A stretch of 63,626 nt of DNA, counting the filler, from Thraustochytrium aureum (taxonomy: Eukaryota): assembly GCA_012862495.1 (NCBI GenBank). It is 5 parts of 4 records of this genome, joined end to end, with 100 filler letters (N's around TTAATTAATTAA, not from the genome) between each part and the next. Parts side by side here need not be neighbours in the genome. Positions count along the whole stretch, not along the records: positions 54,903 to 63,626 come from BLSG01000323.1; 4 more parts are not named here. One strand, written 5' to 3'. Numbering within the stretch: the first letter of the stretch is position 1; each line of letters opens with the position of its first letter. Positions 58,108 through 63,626 of this stretch are shown one piece after another. Below the pieces are notes generated by a model, which saw only the letters and a list, made by a program, of their open reading frames with translations, was not told the DNA's origin and made no database searches. The translations under genes were made by a program, and so were the position numbers.

Positions 58108-61100
58108 CTAAAATGAGAGCATCGAAACGATCACGTCGAGCAGGCGCGCCGTGCCAGCAGACCGAGAGGCGTCCGGATTCTCAAACTGCGCCTGCAGGTA
58201 GTCTATGATGGCGCGCCGCATGCGCCGCAGCACAGCCACTGTGCGTGGTGCAACATGCACTGGGATCCAGTCAACCATTGCCGACCGCGCCTCATGGTAT
58301 ACCTCGAGCGGCGCGTTGGTGAAGAGCACGAGCGCGACGGGCGGCACAAAGGTCGCATCCCAAAGCATCGTGTTTGTCGTTTTCATCTTGGTGAGGTACG
58401 TGAGGATTCCGCCAGCGACCGCGGCGCCCGCCGCCGCAGCAACACCGCCCTTGAACGGCGTCATCGGCGCCAACATGGTCGCGTTGGTCGATCGCGAGAC
58501 GACGCCCACGCGCTCTCCACCTTTGCAGCTGTNNNNNNNNNNNNNNNNNNNNNNNNNNNNNNNNNNNNNNNNNNNNNNNNNNNNNNNNNNNNNNNNNNNN
58601 NNNNNNNNNNNNNNNNNNNNNNNNNNNNNNNNNNNNNNNNNNNNNNNNNNNNNNNNNNNNNNNNNNNNNNNNNNNNNNNNNNNNNNNNNNNNNNNNNNNN
58701 NNNNNNNNNNNNNNNNNNNNNNNNNNNNNNNNNNNNNNNNNNNNNNNNNNNNNNNNNNNNNNNNNNNNNNNNNNNNNNNNNNNNNNNNNNNNNNNNNNNN
58801 NNNNNNNNNNNNNNNNNNNNNNNNNNNNNNNNNNNNNNNNNNNNNNNNNNNNNNNNNNNNNNNNNNNNNNNNNNNNNNNNNNNNNNNNNNNNNNNNNNNN
58901 NNNNNNNNNNNNNNNNNNNNNNNNNNNNNNNNNNNNNNNNNNNNNNNNNNNNNNNNNNNNNNNNNNNNNNNNNNNNNNNNNNNNNNNNNNNNNNNNNNNN
59001 NNNNNNNNNNNNNNNNNNNNNNNNNNNNNNNNNNNNNNNNNNNNNNNNNNNNNNNNNNNNNNNNNNNNNNNNNNNNNNNNNNNNNNNNNNNNNNNNNNNN
59101 NNNNNNNNNNNNNNNNNNNNNNNNNNNNNNNNNNNNNNNNNNNNNNNNNNNNNNNNNNNNNNNNNNNNNNNNNNNNNNNNNNNNNNNNNNNNNNNNNNNN
59201 NNNNNNNNNNNNNNNNNNNNNNNNNNNNNNNNNNNNNNNNNNNNNNNNNNNNNNNNNNNNNNNNNNNNNNNNNNNNNNNNNNNNNNNNNNNNNNNNNNCG
59301 CCCGTATGCTCGAGGTTGTCGATGGCCGCGTCAATAGCTTGAAGCGGCGGGCTGTCCAGGGCCTTGGCCAAGAAGGCCCACGGGTCCTCGCAGTCCATCG
59401 TCATGATCTGCAGGATCACGCCCTCTAGGCTCACGCGCTGGATTTCTGGCTTGGCAAAGTCGCGCAGGCGCTCGCGCTGCAGGAACGACGAGCTAAGCTG
59501 GAAGCAGATTCCAGGACGCGTCCGTCCGGCGCGCCCCGCTCGCTGCTTGAGCGACGCGCGCGACGTAAACACGTTTTTCAGCTGTTCGATCCCGGTCTTG
59601 GTGTTGAACTCCATCTGCTTGACGCGTCCAGTATCAATCACGAAGCAGACATCTGGGATCGTAACGCCAGTCTCGGCAATGTTGGTCGAGAGGATGATCT
59701 TTTGCACACCGCCGCGTGGCGAGGCAAAGACGCGCCGCTGCTCGGCCTGGTTCGATAGAGAGGAGTGTAGACGGAGGACCATGAACCGCGATGAGCGAGA
59801 AAAGTGCGGATGGCTCGAGATCCGCGTGAACAGCGCGTCAATTTCATACAAGCCTGGGAGGAAGACGAGAATTGCGTTGGCGTGCGACGAGCCTGCGCGC
59901 TCGAGCTCGTCCAAGGCGTCGATATACTTTGCACCGACCGGGCTTGCGCCGAGCGCCTCGCGCACTGCCATAGCGCGACTTGCCCCTTGTCGTGACATGT
60001 CTGGCGTTAGGAGGACCAGCAGCGCCTCGATGAGGTCAAAGTTGATTTTGGTCTCGTCCACGTTTGCGAGCGTTTCGCGCGTTTGCGGCGAGTACACGTC
60101 CGCGCGGAGCTCGTAGTCGTTGAAACGATCCTGCCCGCCCCATCTTGAGCCCCGCGACAGGCAGTAGTCCGAGCCGCGCTCGCAAATGTACCCCGACAGC
60201 TCCACGGCATCCTCAAGCGGGAACGTGGTAACCGGGAACGAGCGGCCACCGGCCTCGACGACTGGGGCGTAGTCAAAGTAGTCGCTAAGCTTGTCGAGGT
60301 CGATCGTGGCTGACATGAGCACCACCTTTAGCGGGTCGCCAGCAGCGCGCCGCTCATGAACGACGTCTTTCAGGATGTTGAGCAGCAAGTCGCTGTCCAC
60401 AGTCCGCTCATGCACCTCATCAACAATCACGTGGCTGTACTGTTCAAGGCGCGGGTCGCTTCGCAGAGTGCGTAGAAGAATACCGGTTGTCTCGTAGGCG
60501 AGCCGGCAAGTGCGCCCCATCTTCTTGTCGCCGCGGATGTGATACCCCACAAGAGCCATGGGGCTGCCGACTGGCCCGGGGTCCCCCATCTCCAGCGAGA
60601 CGCGCTCTGCCACAGAGACGGCAGAGATCCGCCGCGGTTCGGTCACCACAACGTTTGTGCGGCACCCGCGGCCGCGGCGCACCTGGTCAGCGAGCAGGAG
60701 ATGTGGGATCTGCGTGGTCTTACCACTTCCCGTCGCTGAGCTGATCACCAACACGTCGTGCGTTTCCAGGGCCTTGACCATCTCGGTTGCAATAGTAAGC
60801 ACAGGAAGGTCGCGGCGCTCCTCCTCGAACGCCAGGAACTGCGGGCTCGATTCCCGATCCTCTACGAGCGCTTTGAAAGCCTCGTTCTCATCGTCGGATC
60901 CTTCGAAGCGCGGCAGCCGCATGGAAGCAACAACCTGGGCCTCTTCACTCATGGCAGCGACGTCCTGATACTCTTTGGCATCAGTGTCGCCCCCGTCGCT
61001 CCACTCGCTCTCGTCGGCGAGGGGGAGCCGGCCGCAGCGTGGCGCGCGCTGGCGCTAGCGCTGGCGCGGCGCTCTCAGGCTTGAGAGCGCCTAGCCGTTC

Positions 61101-61576
61101 CTTGACGATGTCGCTCACTATGCGCGCGCGCACCCTGCTCTCTGAAAGCTCGTCGAGCTGGCGCTGGCGATCGGCCTGCGCTCTCCACTCGAGCCAGCGC
61201 GTCTGCGCTTTGACCGGCATTTGGAGGTGGTATTGAAAATCCGGCGCGACTGAATAAAGCGCGAGGAGCGCGACGTACTCTCGGGCGCCCTTTTTCGAGT
61301 CGCAGAACTCGTCAGGAGGCATACAATACGTGCGGTTCTTGAAAAGCGCCTTGGCTTGGTGCATGTCTGGCCCCACCTCGGACCACTGGTACCGGATATT
61401 GGCCCTGCCAAACGTGGTCCGGATGTGTTGGTCGAGTAGCTGGGACGGATCGAGTTTGGTTTTTACGCCGGACCTTGTTGGCGGCGCCAGGACATCGACA
61501 AGCGTGAATCGCGCACGAAGCTCGGCCTCGGATTCGTCCGCCGGCGACCCGCTCGAGTCGCCCGAGCTGGCCTGTT
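58108..61576 (-). CDS. DEAH-box RNA helicase, DHX29/DHX57/DHX36 group (gaps, frameshift near 61000-61060)
   Basis: ATGSGKTTQIP, TEPRRISAVSVAERV, VDEVHER, MSAT, ILVFLPG, STNIAETGVTIPDV, QRAGRAGR; OB-fold end LWDATFVPPVALVLF; upstream dsRBD-like PSQLL...SKKGAREYVALLALY. Confidence 0.93.
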
Positions 61577-62929
61577 NNNNNNNNNNNNNNNNNNNNNNNN
61601 NNNNNNNNNNNNNNNNNNNNNNNNNNNNNNNNNNNNNNNNNNNNNNNNNNNNNNNNNNNNNNNNNNNNNNNNNNNNNNNNNNNNNNNNNNNNNNNNNNNN
61701 NNNNNNNNNNNNNNNNNNNNNNNNNNNNNNNNNNNNNNNNNNNNNNNNNNNNNNNNNNNNNNNNNNNNNNNNNNNNNNNNNNNNNNNNNNNNNNNNNNNN
61801 NNNNNNNNNNNNNNNNNNNNNNNNNNNNNNNNNNNNNNNNNNNNNNNNNNNNNNNNNNNNNNNNNNNNNNNNNNNNNNNNNNNNNNNNNNNNNNNNNNNN
61901 NNNNNNNNNNNNNNNNNNNNNNNNNNNNNNNNNNNNNNNNNNNNNNNNNNNNNNNNNNNNNNNNNNNNNNNNNNNNNNNNNNNNNNNNNNNNNNNNNNNN
62001 NNNNNNNNNNNNNNNNNNNNNNNNNNNNNNNNNNNNNNNNNNNNNNNNNNNNNNNNNNNNNNNNNNNNNNNNNNNNNNNNNNNNNNNNNNNNNNNNNNNN
62101 NNNNNNNNNNNNNNNNNNNNNNNNNNNNNNNNNNNNNNNNNNNNNNNNNNNNNNNNNNNNNNNNNNNNNNNNNNNNNNNNNNNNNNNNNNNNNNNNNNNN
62201 NNNNNNNNNNNNNNNNNNNNNNNNNNNNNNNNNNNNNNNNNNNNNNNNNNNNNNNNNNNNNNNNNNNNNNNNNNNNNNNNNNNNNNNNNNNNNNNNNNNN
62301 NNNNNNNNNNNNNNNNNNNNNNNNNNNNNNNNNNNNNNNACCGGCAGGCAGGCTGGCAGGCGGGCAAGCACGGCGACGGGCCTTCGTTTGGTGTTTCGTG
62401 CTTGCCTCCAAGGTACGGGCGAATCGAAGCACTGAGCGGGTCCAAGGTCGCTACCAAGGGCCAGACCGCAGGCCTCAAGCAGCTCGAGACGTCTGCTGGT
62501 GCTGCTGGTGCTCCCTGGTGATGGTCAAACGCGCTCTGGTGCTCCAATCAATCCATGCCAAATGCGCTACCATACTGGCTATCCGGTGCGCTACCATACT
62601 GGATGTGAAAGCTCGAGCTTCTTCGAGCTTGTTTGTGGTGGTGCTCCGCTCCGCGCTGGCCGTGGCAACAAGTCCAAGCCTGGTCAAGGCGACGCCCAAT
62701 GGGGGGGCTCTCGAACCCCGAAACGACAACGATGTCAACGATGGTCACAGCTTTATAAAAGCTTTATACATTTGTCGTCAACTACCGTTCGATGTCGACC
62801 GAGGCCTTGGGCGCGCGGACGCGAGCCAAGGTTCATTCGATGGAGAAGGCGATGCCGCGCGAAAGGACGCTTGCTGCGAAAGGAAGATTGTCGAGGTCGA
62901 AAAGGCTTCGTCCAACCAGAGCTAGCCAG

Positions 62930-63626
62930 CTAGACGTCACCCAGGAGCGCTTTGATGAGGGGGGCGGACTCTGTGGTCGCCCACTCGGTGAAGGCCGCGA
63001 GCAAGTTGACCTGGTCGTTCGTGTACTGAATGAAGCGGCCTTCGTTCTGGCCGATCGTCTTGTACTGCGGAAAGTTGGCGAAAGCCGTGCCGTTCGTGAC
63101 CTCGTGCTTCGTGTCTGAAGGGAGCTGGTCCACAAAGTCGCTCGCGTATGCCAAGTACGACCAGAGGATCTGCACGCGACCCGGCTGGATGCCCCACCAC
63201 TCGTTGGCGAGGACCTCGAGATCTTGGCTAAATACCGTAGGGCGCCCCGCGGCGGACAGCCTCTGGAGCTCGCAGAGGAGCTTGAGGAGCTCGGCGGGCT
63301 GGAAGACTTGGTTGTGGCCAAAGTAGCCGTTTGGCGACTTGCTGTCCAGTTTCACGCCGAAGAGCGGCGCGATCGAGGTGGAGGCCCACTGAGCCTCGGT
63401 AGGCGGGTGTTCGGCCGTGCAAGCGTCGAAGACGCTGGGGTCGGGCAGCGGGACGTCGGTGTTTTGAAAGACCACCACTTTGGGGACGCGGCGCTGGAGG
63501 ACAGCTAGCAAACCGAGCCCATCGATGTTGCCGCCGTCGCCAAAAGCAAACGTCTGTGCGGCCTGGGTAGACGAGGCGTTTGCAGGGAGGACGGGCCAGT
63601 AGTTTTGAACTGGATTGAGGCCACGA
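62930..63626 (-). CDS. 3' part of a lysophospholipase/patatin-superfamily-like protein, extending beyond the window
   Basis: The frame is open from the window edge: ...QTFAFGDGGNIDGLGLLAVLQRRVPKVVVFQN... has a DGG-type motif followed by LxRxV and a hydrophobic strand. It ends FPQYKT...YTNDQVNLLA. Confidence 0.55.
   Translation of the reverse strand, partial: RGLNPVQNYWPVLPANASSTQAAQTFAFGDGGNIDGLGLLAVLQRRVPKVVVFQNTDVPLPDPSVFDACTAEHPPTEAQWASTSIAPLFGVKLDSKSPNGYFGHNQVFQPAELLKLLCELQRLSAAGRPTVFSQDLEVLANEWWGIQPGRVQILWSYLAYASDFVDQLPSDTKHEVTNGTAFANFPQYKTIGQNEGRFIQYTNDQVNLLAAFTEWATTESAPLIKALLGDV

Noticed and set aside
62563..62604. Two copies of TGCGCTACCATACTGG, 24 bp apart, as a CRISPR-like repeat
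   Set aside because: Only two copies with an 8-nt spacer, eukaryotic context and no cas genes; a simple local duplication.
1..63626. A co-functional gene cluster (for example FMO + sulfatase + phosphotransferase as a detoxification locus)
   Set aside because: These genes are far apart, lie on different linker-joined pieces, and are interspersed with unrelated housekeeping genes.

Overview
Gene-dense, GC-rich, intron-poor eukaryotic nuclear DNA from a draft assembly. Gene content and style suggest a stramenopile protist such as a thraustochytrid, but that is inference and was not checked. The window is five pieces joined by an artificial N-TTAATTAATTAA-N linker (31028, 36827, 47617, 54847), has many internal N gaps, and shows recurrent single-base frameshifts that look like sequencing errors. 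Recognisable genes, in order: a 7-TM orphan membrane protein, an RPEL-repeat protein, NAC-alpha, a flavin monooxygenase, a CH-domain kinesin-14, Rrp5-like S1 repeats, an MPPE1/Cdc1 metallophosphoesterase, a membrane protein ending in a beta-adaptin appendage-like domain, an ankyrin-HDAC, an EDR2-like START/DUF1336 protein, a RING-H2 ligase, a sulfatase, FANCD2, an RPH/PigC-architecture phosphotransferase, Rab1, a WSC-like fragment and an F-type lectin fragment, a UBE2G/Ubc7-like E2, NCA2/DGS1, an aspartate kinase, a catalytically dead trypsin-fold protein, a DEAH helicase and a lysophospholipase-like fragment. I saw no rRNA, tRNA, CRISPR array or intact mobile element, and no clustered multi-gene system. 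The best leads are single genes with odd architecture: the RPH/PigC-like enzyme, the aspartate kinase with a decayed decarboxylase-like tail, the Rrp5 that stops before its TPR domain, the membrane-anchored adaptin ear, and the plant-style KCH kinesin.
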